A stretch of DNA of 64,000 bases from positions 32,001 through 96,000 of the forward strand of contig JBIJDH010000001.1 of NCBI GenBank assembly GCA_044344255.1, written 5' to 3'. Source of the DNA: Myxococcota bacterium. Its GTDB lineage: Bacteria > Myxococcota_A > UBA796 > UBA2385. Both the position numbers and the translations under genes were made by a program. This document shows, piece after piece, positions 28,677 to 38,020 of the stretch. The notes under the pieces were generated by a model. The model made no database searches. It saw only the letters and a list, made by a program, of their open reading frames with translations, and was not told the DNA's origin. How positions within the stretch are numbered: the stretch's first letter is position 1; each line of letters starts with the position of its first letter.

Positions 28677-29957
28677 CTGCTCGATCGACGCCGCCTGCTC
28701 ACCGGGATGCTCCACGGTGCCGCGCTGCTCGGCGGCGCCTCCCTGCTCGGGCTGCCCGCCCTCCACCCGGGCCGCCTCGCCTTCGCCGCCGGGGCGGGGG
28801 ATCGCCGCCTGCTCGTGCTGATCAACCGAGGGGCGATGGACGGGCTCGGCGCCGTGCCCGCCCACGGTGACCCGGCCTATCGGAGCGCGCGGGGGGCGAT
28901 GGCGCTGGACCCGGTCGGCGGCGGCCCCGGCGGGGTGCTCGATCTCGACGGCCACTTCGGCCTCCACCCCGCGCTCGCCCCCCTCCACCCGTGGTGGGCC
29001 AGCCGCGAGCTCGGCCTCGTCCACGCCGTCGCCCTCCCCTGCCGCACCCGCTCGCACTTCGACGCCCAGGACGCCCTTGAGGGCGGCGCCGCCACCCCGC
29101 ACGGCGCGCCCGACGGCTGGCTCAACCGGGCGCTGGGCCGAATGAAGCCCCGCGGCGCCACGCCCACCGCGATCGGCCCGAGCCTCCCCCTGCTCCTCCA
29201 GGGGCCCGCCGCCGCCACCTCGGTGGACCTCGCCCACGACACGGAGCTGTCCGACGACCTCCTCGACGTGATCGCCGCGCTGTACGCGGGTGACCCGCTG
29301 CTCGGCCCCGCCCTCCAGGAGGGGCGGGGGAGCATGCCGGTAGCGCAAGAGCGGATGCAGGAGGAGCCGGCGACGATGGGCGGAGGGGGACTTCGGCGGC
29401 GCCAGGCCTCCCTCCGCTCGGTGGCCACCGCCGCGGGGGCCCTGCTCGGCCGCGCCGACGGCCCGAGGGTCGCCGTGCTCGAGACCGGGGGCTGGGACAC
29501 CCACAGCGGCCAGGGCACCACCGTCGGGCGCCTCGCCCGCCAGCTCAGCGGCCTCGCGGGGGGCCTCGAGGCCCTCAAGGCCGGCATGGGGGCGGCCTGG
29601 TCCGACACCATCGTCGTCATCGTCTCGGAGTTCGGGCGCACCGTCGCCGGAAACGGCACCGGCGGCACCGATCACGGGACCGGCGGCGTCGTGATGCTCT
29701 GCGGCGGTGCCGTGGCCGGCGGGGTCGTGCGCGGGGAGTGGCCGGGCCTCTCCCCCGACCGCCAGTTCGAAGGACGCGACCTCCTGCCCACCACCGACCT
29801 CCGCGCGGTCTGGAAGGGCGTGCTGCGCGACCACCTCGGCCTCGACGAGGCGGCGCTGGCCGAGGTCGTCTTCCCGGACAGCGCCGCGGTGCAGCCGATG
29901 GAGGGTCTCTGTCGGGACGGCGCGCTCAGTCGGCCAGCTCCGCCTCGATCACCGTGA
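28677..29957 (+). CDS. DUF1501-family protein with twin-arginine signal (probable CTG start)
   Basis: RGAMDGL, FGLHP, RSHFDAQ, GGWDTH, SEFGRT, GTDHG, TTDLR. The frame extends upstream of ATG 28707 to (L)LDRRRLL, preceded by GGAGG. Confidence 0.93.
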   Translation: MLDRRRLLTGMLHGAALLGGASLLGLPALHPGRLAFAAGAGDRRLLVLINRGAMDGLGAVPAHGDPAYRSARGAMALDPVGGGPGGVLDLDGHFGLHPALAPLHPWWASRELGLVHAVALPCRTRSHFDAQDALEGGAATPHGAPDGWLNRALGRMKPRGATPTAIGPSLPLLLQGPAAATSVDLAHDTELSDDLLDVIAALYAGDPLLGPALQEGRGSMPVAQERMQEEPATMGGGGLRRRQASLRSVATAAGALLGRADGPRVAVLETGGWDTHSGQGTTVGRLARQLSGLAGGLEALKAGMGAAWSDTIVVIVSEFGRTVAGNGTGGTDHGTGGVVMLCGGAVAGGVVRGEWPGLSPDRQFEGRDLLPTTDLRAVWKGVLRDHLGLDEAALAEVVFPDSAAVQPMEGLCRDGALSRPAPPRSP

Positions 29958-31824
29958 CCATCTCTTCAAGCTCGAACGCGTTGTTCGCATAGACGACGAC
30001 CCCGTCCGTGCCGATGATCCAGTCTTGCGGATAGGCGGCCGACGGAAAGGCCATGAGCTGGTTGTAGACCTCCGAGACCTCGCCGTCCGCATCGACGAGG
30101 ATCGGGAAGCTCAGCCCATACGCGTCGCGGAAACGCTCGAGCGCGTCCACGGGCTCATGGCTCGCGATCCCCCAGACCACCACGCCCTGCTCTTGATACC
30201 GCTGCCACACGCTCAGCTCGATGTCCGAGACCTCGGACGGACAGGCTGGTCACCAGGTAGCGAAGTAGACCAGCACCACCGGCACCCCGGCCTGGAGGGA
30301 GAGCTGGTGGACCTCGCCGTCGAGGTCGGGGAGCGCGAAGTCGGGCGCGACCTCTCCCAAGGCCACACCCACCCCCCGCTCCTCGGCGACGACCGCGATC
30401 TCGCGCTGGGGGTCGTCGGGATCGTCCGTGTTGAGCCGAACCGAGGCGGACACGGGCTCCCCCGCGGAGAGGGTGAGGCGGAGGTGACCCTCCCCGCCCG
30501 GCGGCACGGTCTCGGCGGTGGACTCGACGGTCAGGCGCTCGCTGCTCGGGCAGACCCCGCGCAGCGACAGCGCCGCGCCGCCGAGGTTGGCGAACGCGAT
30601 CTCCACCGAGCCCCCCTCCGGAGAGAGGTGCAGCGTGTCGGCGCCCAGGCGGAGGTCGGGGCCGGAGCGGCCGAGCGCGGCCTCCTGCACCTCGAGCCAC
30701 CCCCAGGCCGCCACCACCGCGCGGTCACCCTCCGCGGCGAGCCCCATCGCCCACTGATCGGTCCCCTCCGTGCCGATGGGGGTTGGGAGGAGGGGGTCCG
30801 CGAGGTCGAAGGCGACCGTGCCCTGGAGGTCGGCCACCCAGAGGAGCTCCGCGGTGGCCCCCAAGCCGACCGCGCTGCCAAGGATGGACAGGGCGCCCTG
30901 GCTGTCCGGGGCGTCCGGGTCTGACAGGTCAAAGACCTCGACCCCCGCCCCGCCCTCGGCGGCGTAGAGCGCGCCGCCGTCTGCCGACAGGGCGAGGTCC
31001 ATCACCGCCCCAGCGGTGGGGAGCGTGGTGAGCACGGAGAGGCCGCCCGCCGAGCTGTCGAGGACCGAGAGGCCGGCGGCCCCACCCGCGACGTAGATCC
31101 GATCGCCCCAAGCAACCAGCTCCCAGATGTTGCCGAGCCCCGCTACGCTCCCCGCCTCGACGGCGCGGCCCTCGGCGTCCACCTCGAGCCGCAGCACCCG
31201 CCCGTCCAGCCCTCCGACGAAGAGGCTGTCCCCCACGGCGGCCATCCCGGACAGGCCGGGCTCGAGCCGCAGGGGTGAAGTGCGGAGCGCCGCAGGGTCA
31301 CGCGCGTCGATGCGCCACAGACCGCGGTCGCGGTGGGTCGCATAGACCACGGCGTCCGGGCCCCCCGCCTCGAGGTGATAGTAGCGGCCCTGGGCCTCCA
31401 CCGCGTCGTCGTATCCGATCAGGGCCGGGGCCTCGGGCACGGAGAGGTCCACGACAAAGAGGCCCCCCTGTCCGACCAGATAGGCCACCTGCCCGTCCGG
31501 GGAGAGCTCCACCTCCAGGACCTCGGCCAGCACATCCTCTTGAAGGAAGAGGGAGCCGACCGGCCACAGCGGATCGCGCGCGGGGTCCGGCGCCGACTCG
31601 GCCGAACAGTCCGTCGGCAGGGGAACCCACTCGGCCGCCGGCGCGCCGGTGTCGGGGGCGTCGGCCTCGTCGGCCGGCCCATGCCCCTTCCCGCCGCCAG
31701 GGCGGTCGTGGCCGCAGCCGACGAGCGAAGCGCCGAACACGAGCGCCGACAGGCCGGGGGCCGCGCCAGAGCCAGCGGGAGCACAACGGCGAGAGAGAGC
31801 ACGAGTGCGTGGGCGGGAGGTCAT
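29926..31824 (-). CDS. Selenoprotein: lipoprotein with LVIVD-like beta-propeller, Ig-like domain and TlpA/peroxiredoxin-like redoxin domain (UxxC; Sec525 at TGA 30250-30252)
   Basis: ORFs 30250-31824 and 29926-30210 are one frame: APDFALPDLDG...PVVLVYFATW-TGA-PACPSE...GLSFPILVD...YPQDWIIGTDGVV. SECIS-like hairpin downstream; AGGAG RBS; lipobox LVGC. Confidence 0.92.
30223..30238 (-). promoter_or_regulatory. Bacterial SECIS element
   Basis: mRNA reads UGA CCAGCCUGUCC GUCCGAGGUCUCGGAC: 11-nt spacer, stem GUCCGA/UCGGAC, apex AGGUCU as in the E. coli fdhF SECIS. Confidence 0.88.
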
Positions 31825-31946
31825 CCGGTCTCCTGACCGCCCATAGCCGAGCCGGCGGCGTCGGCAAGGGAGCCGCCGGACACGGCCGGCCCAGCGACGG
31901 CGCCCCCCCCGCGGCGCAGGCGGGGGAGCCGCGATAGCAGCCGAGC

Positions 31947-32810
31947 ATGCCGACGCTCAGCCCCCTCCTCCTCTCCCACCTGCTCCTCGTCCGCTCCGCC
32001 GCGGCCGGGCCCGCCCCCACCGCGGCGCCGGTCGAGGCGGTTCGTTTCGACGACGACCCGTGCATCGTCGGGGAGACCGTCTACGTCGTCACGCCGAGCG
32101 CCAATTTTCGCGCGGGGCCGATGAAGGAGGCCGCCGCCTTGAAGGCGCTCCCCCTCGGCGCGCCCCTGAAGGTGCTCACGAAGCACGCGGCCACCGAGGT
32201 CGACGGTCGCTCCGGCGCCTGGTGCGGCCTGCGAGACGCGGACGGCGCGGTGGGCGCGATGTTTAGCCCCACCCTGTCCGCTCACCGCTGGCAGGCGGAT
32301 CTGGACGAGGATGGTCAATCGGACTCGATCTTCGTCTCCTACAACAGCCAGCGTCACCTCCTCGTCCAGGTCCGCTCCCCCGCCGGCCTCACCGGCCTCC
32401 TCGACCTTGGGGAGCAGATGGACATGGGCGGGCCGCTCGACGTGGCCGAGGTCGCCATCGCCACAGGGACGGGCGTTCCCCTGCTGCGGGTCTACGTGCC
32501 GGGCAGCGAGCAATGCGGCGGCTACTCGAAGGAGTACTACGTGTCGTGGCGGCGGGGTCCGGACGGCCAGCGGGCCGCGCGGCTCGCGCTGTCGGGGGCC
32601 ACCGGCGGCGACGCCCCCGTCTACTCTTCCACCGAGTTCACCTTTCATCCGAAGAAGCGGCAGGTTAGCTCTGTACAGACCTTCGGAGAGGCCCTCGAGA
32701 GCGGAGAGACCGCCGAGGACATCACCACCACCACCCTCCGGTGGGATGGCGTGGCCTATCAGGAGGTCTCCAAGGTGGAGACCCACAAGGGACCGCCCCG
32801 CTCGGAGTGA
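31947..32810 (+). CDS. Secreted SH3b-like domain protein
   Basis: Signal peptide; VYVVTPSANFRAGP...LPLGAPLKV...W (bacterial SH3-like); then DLDEDGQSD and a CG motif. Confidence 0.75.
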   Translation: MPTLSPLLLSHLLLVRSAAAGPAPTAAPVEAVRFDDDPCIVGETVYVVTPSANFRAGPMKEAAALKALPLGAPLKVLTKHAATEVDGRSGAWCGLRDADGAVGAMFSPTLSAHRWQADLDEDGQSDSIFVSYNSQRHLLVQVRSPAGLTGLLDLGEQMDMGGPLDVAEVAIATGTGVPLLRVYVPGSEQCGGYSKEYYVSWRRGPDGQRAARLALSGATGGDAPVYSSTEFTFHPKKRQVSSVQTFGEALESGETAEDITTTTLRWDGVAYQEVSKVETHKGPPRSE

Positions 32811-35800
32811 CCGTCGCCCGCCGCCGCGCCGGCCGTCAAAACCGACCCGCACCGGCGACGGCGACCCTGGAGGCCGAGGAGGGCAAGGAGGCCGAGGAGA
32901 GCGGTCGGCCGGGAGCCCGAGCTGCTGCAGCCGCCTTTGCCGCCGCCAGAGCCACCACCGTCATCCTCCTCGGTGATCCCATCGGTGCCGTCTGTTCCAT
33001 TGGTGCCATCGGCTCCGTCTGCGCCATCCGCCCCGTCCGTGCCATCATCGGCGGAGCCGCAATCGACGACTTCGGGGTCGGTGTCATCGCAGTCGTCGCC
33101 GCCGTAGTCGGCCGAAGTGTGCCCGTCGTGGTCGGCGTCGAAGTCGTCATAGGTGCCGCAGTCGCTGTTCTGGCCATCATAGGGCTCGTCGGGGGCCCCG
33201 GTGTAGACAGTCTCATCTGTATCGTCGCAGTCCCCGCCGCCATGTACGGCGCTGTCCTGTCCGTCTCCGTCGGCGTCCCAGTCGGAGCCCTCGTCACAGG
33301 CCTGGTCTACCCCGTCGTACCATTGCTCCGGGGCGCCGGGGAAGCTGTTCTCATCGTGGTCATCACAGTCCCCGGGCTCTGTGACCTCATCGTCGCCGAG
33401 GGCGCAGACCTCGTGGCTGCTGTCGGTGTCGCCCCAGCCGTCTCCATCCGCGTCATCATAAGCGGTGACCGTGGAGAGGCCGTCATCCGTGACTTCGTCG
33501 CAGTCCTCATCTACGCTATCGCAGGTCTCGGTGGCTTCGGGAGAGATGCTGCCATCGCTGTCGTCGCAGTCATCCCCGAGGGCGACGGTGCCCGCGGGGG
33601 CCTGACAGGCTTTGGAGGAGACTGCGGGGTCGCCATGGCCGTCGCTGTCGCTGTCGGCATACCAGGTGCCGGCATCGGTGGGGGTGCCTTCGTCGATGAG
33701 GCTGTCGCAGTCGTCATCGGCGCTGTTACAGGACTCCGTGGAGCCCGGGGACCGCGAGCCGGTGCTGTCGTCGCAGTCGGTGGAGCTGGCGGCATAGCCG
33801 GAGGGCAGGGAGCAGGCCCGGGTGGTGCCGGCGACCGAGCCATAACCGTCCCCGTCGGCGTCGACATACCAGGTGGGGGCGTCACTCGCGTCGGCCTCAT
33901 CGGTGCTGCCGTCGCAGTCGTCGTCGACCGTATTACATTTCTCTGTAGCGGCCGGAGAGACGGCCGAGGAGCTGTCGGCGCAGTCTGTCCCCGTAGACAC
34001 ATAGCCTGTGGGCAGGCTACAGGCGGAGGTTGTGACCACGGGGTCGCCGTAGCCGTCTCCATCGCTGTCGGCATACCAGGTGGAGCCGCCCGAGGCGCCG
34101 GCCTCGTCGATGCTGCCGTCGCAGTCATCGTCGGTGCTGTTGCAGGTCTCAGTGGCACCGGGGCTCACCGCCGTGCTGCTGTCATTACAGTCGCTGGAGG
34201 TGGCGGTATAGCCGGTGGGCGCGCTGCAGGAGACCGTGGTGGGGCTGCTGCCGCCATATCCGTCGCCGTCGGCGTCCCGGTACCAGGTGGGGGCGTCCAT
34301 GGCGTCGGCCTCGTCGATGCTGCTGTCGCAGTCGTCATCATCGCCGTCGCAGGTCTCGCTCGCACCTGGGTGCTCGGCGCTGTCACCGTCGTCGCAGTCG
34401 GTGGAGAGCGTGGAATATCCAGTCGGGAGGCTGCAGGTCTTTGTCGAGCTCGTGGCGGTGCCGTAGCCGTCCCCGTCCGCATCGGCATAATAGGTGGTGC
34501 CGGTCGTGCCGCTCTCATCGATGGCGCCGTCGCAATCATTGTCGACGCCGTCGCACTCCTCCGTGGCGCCGGGGTGAATGGTGTCGTCGGAGGGGGCGCA
34601 GTCGGCGGAGTCGGCGGAGCCGTCGCCGTCGGTGTCCGTGTCGTAGCCCGTATAGAGCGTACAGTCGTAGGAGCCACAGGCGCCTACATCGTCGAAGCCG
34701 TCCCCGTTGATGTCGCCTGGACCGTTGACGGAGTCCCCGAGGTACCGGTAGCCGAGGGCCGAAACTCCGGCGATCGTGGTGCTCGCGGTAGAGGACAGGC
34801 CGCTCGCCGAGCCCTCCAGGATCCAGATGGCCCCGTCATTGCTGGAGAAGGCCGCATCGCCGACCACCAGATCATCATACCCATCTCCGCTGACGTCACC
34901 GGCCAGGGCGAGCGCGGCGAAGCTGGAGAGGCCCCCAGACACACCTGTGATGACCGTACCCGGGCTGCTGGACAGGCCGGTCGAGCCCGCGGAGTAATAG
35001 ATATAGAGGCGGCCGAGGTTGCTGTCGTAGCCATAGGCCCCGACGGCGAGATCGTCGTAGCCGTCGCCATTGGCGTCCAGCACCGCGATGGAATAGCCGA
35101 AATAGCTCCCAGTGGCCTCTCCAGAGAGCCCGAGGCGGAGGGTGCTGCCCATGCCCGAGGCGCTCCCGTGATAGACCGAGACGCTCCCCGTGCTGCTGGA
35201 GGCGGCGCTCCCGCCCACCGCGAGGTCGGAGTATCCGTCCCCGTTCAGATCCCCCGAGGCGAGGGAACCGCCGAAGTCGATGCCGGTCGACGACGCGCTG
35301 AGGGTGGTGGCCCCCGTGGAGCTGAGCCCGGTCGCGGCGCCATAAAAGACATAGACCCTCTCGTTGCTGCTCCCGCCGGGGGCGCCAGCCGCCACGTCGC
35401 CGTATCCGTCTCCATTTACATCCGACAGACCGAGCAGCGCCAGTCCGAGGTAGGTGGTCCCAGAGCCCGTGTAGCTCCAGGCGCTGCTGCTCTCGAGACC
35501 AGCTGCGCTCCCATGATAGACGAGCAGCCCTCCCTTGTTGCTGGAATCCGAGGGGGTGCCCACTACGACGTCGGCATAACCGTCGCTGTTGATGTCGGTG
35601 CCGCTCACCGCGTGGGCGAAGCCGCTGAGGGTCGCCGGCCCGCTGAGGGTCGACTCCGGATAGTCCGGGAGGCCACTCGTGGCGCCATGGAACAGGTGGA
35701 CATAACCCGGCTGATTCGAGCTCACCTCCGACGAACAGAGGGCGAGATCATCGAAACCATCCCCATTTATGTCGCCGACCCGGGCCACGGTGGGGGATGC

Positions 35801-37732
35801 CAGATAAGCGTCAGGGTTGTCAATCGTATCCGCGGTGGAGGATAGGCCGGTCGAGGTCACTCCCGCATGGAAGAAGATATCCCCCTGAGGAGCGTCGCCA
35901 TAGTAGGGGGCGCCAACCAGGAGGTCATCCACCTCATCCCCATTCTGATCGGCCCGGTTCGACAGGGAGTAGCCGAGGTATCGACCGGTCGTGGAGCCCC
36001 GGATGCTGAGGCTACGGGTGGAAGCCGCGCCGCTGCTGCTCCCCTTATAGACCACCACCTCCCCGGTTGAGGCGGAGTATCCGTAGGCGCCGATGGTGAC
36101 ATCGTCGTAACCATCGGCATCCCAGTCTCCGAGGGAGAGGGCGGAGCCGAAATAGTTGCTCGTAGAGTAGCCCACCCAGGAGGCGCTGGCGGTCGTGGAG
36201 GGGCCACTCGCGCCGCCGAGGTACAGATAGACCTTACCCGTGTTGGTACTGAGGGTGGGGTCGCTGATGAGGAGGTCGGCATACCCATCCCCGTTCACGT
36301 CTCCCCCGCCAGCGAGGCCCGCCCCGAAGGTGGCTGAGCCGGACTGGGTGAAGCTGCTGGTCGCGGAGGCTCCGATCCCGGCGCTGCTGCCGAGGTAGAG
36401 GCTCACGGTGTCGGATGTGGAGCTGGTGACGAGGACATCGTCGTAACCATCTCCGTTCACATCCCCCGCGGCCCCGACCAAATAGCCGAGCTTGGGGGAG
36501 CCGGTCCCGCCCGAGACGGTTCGGGCGGGGCTGCTTGACAGGCCCGAGGCAGAGCCGTGATAGACAAAGAGCTTGCCCTTGCTGGAGGAGGCCCCATAGG
36601 CGCCGATCAGCACGTCGTCATAGCCGTCGCCATCCACATCCCCAGCCCCCGCCAGCGCGGCCCCGAAATAATCGCCCGCGGCGGAGCCCGACAGACTCAA
36701 GTCCGACGTGGCGTCCGTCCCACTCGAAGCGCCGAGGTAGAGATCGACCTGGCCATAGAGGCTCCCCGTCGTGCGGGAGCTGATGAGCACGTCGTCATAA
36801 CCATCCCCATCTACATCCCCCGCCGCCGCCACATGGAGCCCGAAATAGGAGCTGAGGTCGTCACCCTGGAACACGGTGTCTGGCTTCTGCGAAAATCCAG
36901 TCGGGCCCCCGAGGTAGAGGTAGGCGCGGCCAGTGTAGCCGCCTTTCTCGTAGCCGCCGGCCAGGGCGTCGTCGTAACCGTCTCCGTTAACATCTCCCGC
37001 GCTGACGACCGTTCTGCCGAAGGCGGAGTCTCCCGCGAGGGTGGACCACGTGGCCGAGGTGTAGATGGGGTCGATCTCGATTGGATATTCTGCCCCGGCA
37101 TCGTTGATGGAGAGGAGGAAGCCCTGTCCGTCGGGGAAGGCTTCGATCGGAAGGGCACGTTCATCCGCATCCCAGGCTGCGAAGCCACCGATGGACAGGG
37201 CCTCCCCGGCGGCGTCGGTGACAGACAGGTGCATGGGGCCTCCCGTGACGGCGGTGGCCCCCTCCAGCCCCACATGCAGCTCGAGCACACCCTCGCCGGC
37301 CGGAGCCTCATCGAGGGTCCAGCGCTGCTGCAGGCCAATACCGAGCGTCTCCCAGCGCTCAACGAGGCCGGGCCGGTGAAGCTCGGCGCTGGGAGCACAG
37401 GGGAGGGAGTCGAGCTCGCAGCCCCGGAGCACCGGCCGCGAGGGAGGATCGAGCTCGAACAGGCGGCCCCCTCGACCCAGACTGCGGGTCTCCACCTGGA
37501 GGCGAGGGAGGGTCTCTCCGGGGGCGCGCAGGGCAAGTCCGCGGGGGTCGAGGGAGACCCGGAGGGGGCCGAGCGACGCGAGGAGGGTGCCGTCCCCGTG
37601 CCGGGTGAAGCCCGTTCCGCTGGGTTCCGGGCTCAACCCTCTCGCCGCGAGGCCGCTGGCTGTGTCGCGGGCGCCCTCAGGGCCCGTGCAGGAGATCAGG
37701 ACGAGCAGGACGGAAGGGGTCAAGGGGCGCAT
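32759..37732 (-). CDS. Large surface protein (1657 aa): N-domain, 14 FG-GAP repeats, about 8 Cys/Asp repeats, GxD linker, MYXO-CTERM-like anchor
   Basis: Start at MRPLTPSVLLVLISC (the upstream in-frame part is the antisense of the HAD gene); 14 DxxxDGxxD-type motifs; WYxDxDGDGYG repeats; KGGCS...LLGLLALLGLQGRRRR. Confidence 0.92.
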   Translation of the reverse strand: MRPLTPSVLLVLISCTGPEGARDTASGLAARGLSPEPSGTGFTRHGDGTLLASLGPLRVSLDPRGLALRAPGETLPRLQVETRSLGRGGRLFELDPPSRPVLRGCELDSLPCAPSAELHRPGLVERWETLGIGLQQRWTLDEAPAGEGVLELHVGLEGATAVTGGPMHLSVTDAAGEALSIGGFAAWDADERALPIEAFPDGQGFLLSINDAGAEYPIEIDPIYTSATWSTLAGDSAFGRTVVSAGDVNGDGYDDALAGGYEKGGYTGRAYLYLGGPTGFSQKPDTVFQGDDLSSYFGLHVAAAGDVDGDGYDDVLISSRTTGSLYGQVDLYLGASSGTDATSDLSLSGSAAGDYFGAALAGAGDVDGDGYDDVLIGAYGASSSKGKLFVYHGSASGLSSSPARTVSGGTGSPKLGYLVGAAGDVNGDGYDDVLVTSSTSDTVSLYLGSSAGIGASATSSFTQSGSATFGAGLAGGGDVNGDGYADLLISDPTLSTNTGKVYLYLGGASGPSTTASASWVGYSTSNYFGSALSLGDWDADGYDDVTIGAYGYSASTGEVVVYKGSSSGAASTRSLSIRGSTTGRYLGYSLSNRADQNGDEVDDLLVGAPYYGDAPQGDIFFHAGVTSTGLSSTADTIDNPDAYLASPTVARVGDINGDGFDDLALCSSEVSSNQPGYVHLFHGATSGLPDYPESTLSGPATLSGFAHAVSGTDINSDGYADVVVGTPSDSSNKGGLLVYHGSAAGLESSSAWSYTGSGTTYLGLALLGLSDVNGDGYGDVAAGAPGGSSNERVYVFYGAATGLSSTGATTLSASSTGIDFGGSLASGDLNGDGYSDLAVGGSAASSSTGSVSVYHGSASGMGSTLRLGLSGEATGSYFGYSIAVLDANGDGYDDLAVGAYGYDSNLGRLYIYYSAGSTGLSSSPGTVITGVSGGLSSFAALALAGDVSGDGYDDLVVGDAAFSSNDGAIWILEGSASGLSSTASTTIAGVSALGYRYLGDSVNGPGDINGDGFDDVGACGSYDCTLYTGYDTDTDGDGSADSADCAPSDDTIHPGATEECDGVDNDCDGAIDESGTTGTTYYADADGDGYGTATSSTKTCSLPTGYSTLSTDCDDGDSAEHPGASETCDGDDDDCDSSIDEADAMDAPTWYRDADGDGYGGSSPTTVSCSAPTGYTATSSDCNDSSTAVSPGATETCNSTDDDCDGSIDEAGASGGSTWYADSDGDGYGDPVVTTSACSLPTGYVSTGTDCADSSSAVSPAATEKCNTVDDDCDGSTDEADASDAPTWYVDADGDGYGSVAGTTRACSLPSGYAASSTDCDDSTGSRSPGSTESCNSADDDCDSLIDEGTPTDAGTWYADSDSDGHGDPAVSSKACQAPAGTVALGDDCDDSDGSISPEATETCDSVDEDCDEVTDDGLSTVTAYDDADGDGWGDTDSSHEVCALGDDEVTEPGDCDDHDENSFPGAPEQWYDGVDQACDEGSDWDADGDGQDSAVHGGGDCDDTDETVYTGAPDEPYDGQNSDCGTYDDFDADHDGHTSADYGGDDCDDTDPEVVDCGSADDGTDGADGADGADGTNGTDGTDGITEEDDGGGSGGGKGGCSSSGSRPTALLGLLALLGLQGRRRRCGSVLTAGAAAGDGHSERGGPLWVSTLETS

Positions 37733-38020
37733 TCGGGGCTCCGAATAGACAAGGTAGCACAGACCCTGGCTGGGGGGCTGATCCTCATCCGCGAGCAGTG
37801 GAGCAGCCCCGAAATGGTAAAACCAACCAATAAACAGGAGAGGATGTCCGCATGCCCCGCAAGGTCTACACCCCCGAGTGCCGGTCTCACCGGATCTCGC
37901 TCGTCCAGGCGAGCCGAACGCTGGAGTCGCTGGCAAACGAGCTCGATCCGTCCGCGGCGGGTCGCTCGACGTGGCCGAGGCCGCGATGCCGAGCCGATCC
38001 GGAGCGGATAGGCCCCCGTG

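Noticed and set aside
26388..29834. 1148-aa minus-strand ORF
   Set aside because: Antisense shadow of EamA-DUF1800-DUF1501.
29926..30210. Independent 94-aa redoxin fragment or pseudogene
   Set aside because: Better explained as the C-terminus of the UGA-recoded selenoprotein.
32741..35845. 1034-aa Val/Ala-rich plus-strand ORF
   Set aside because: Mirror of the Asp-rich repeats of the FG-GAP gene on the opposite strand.
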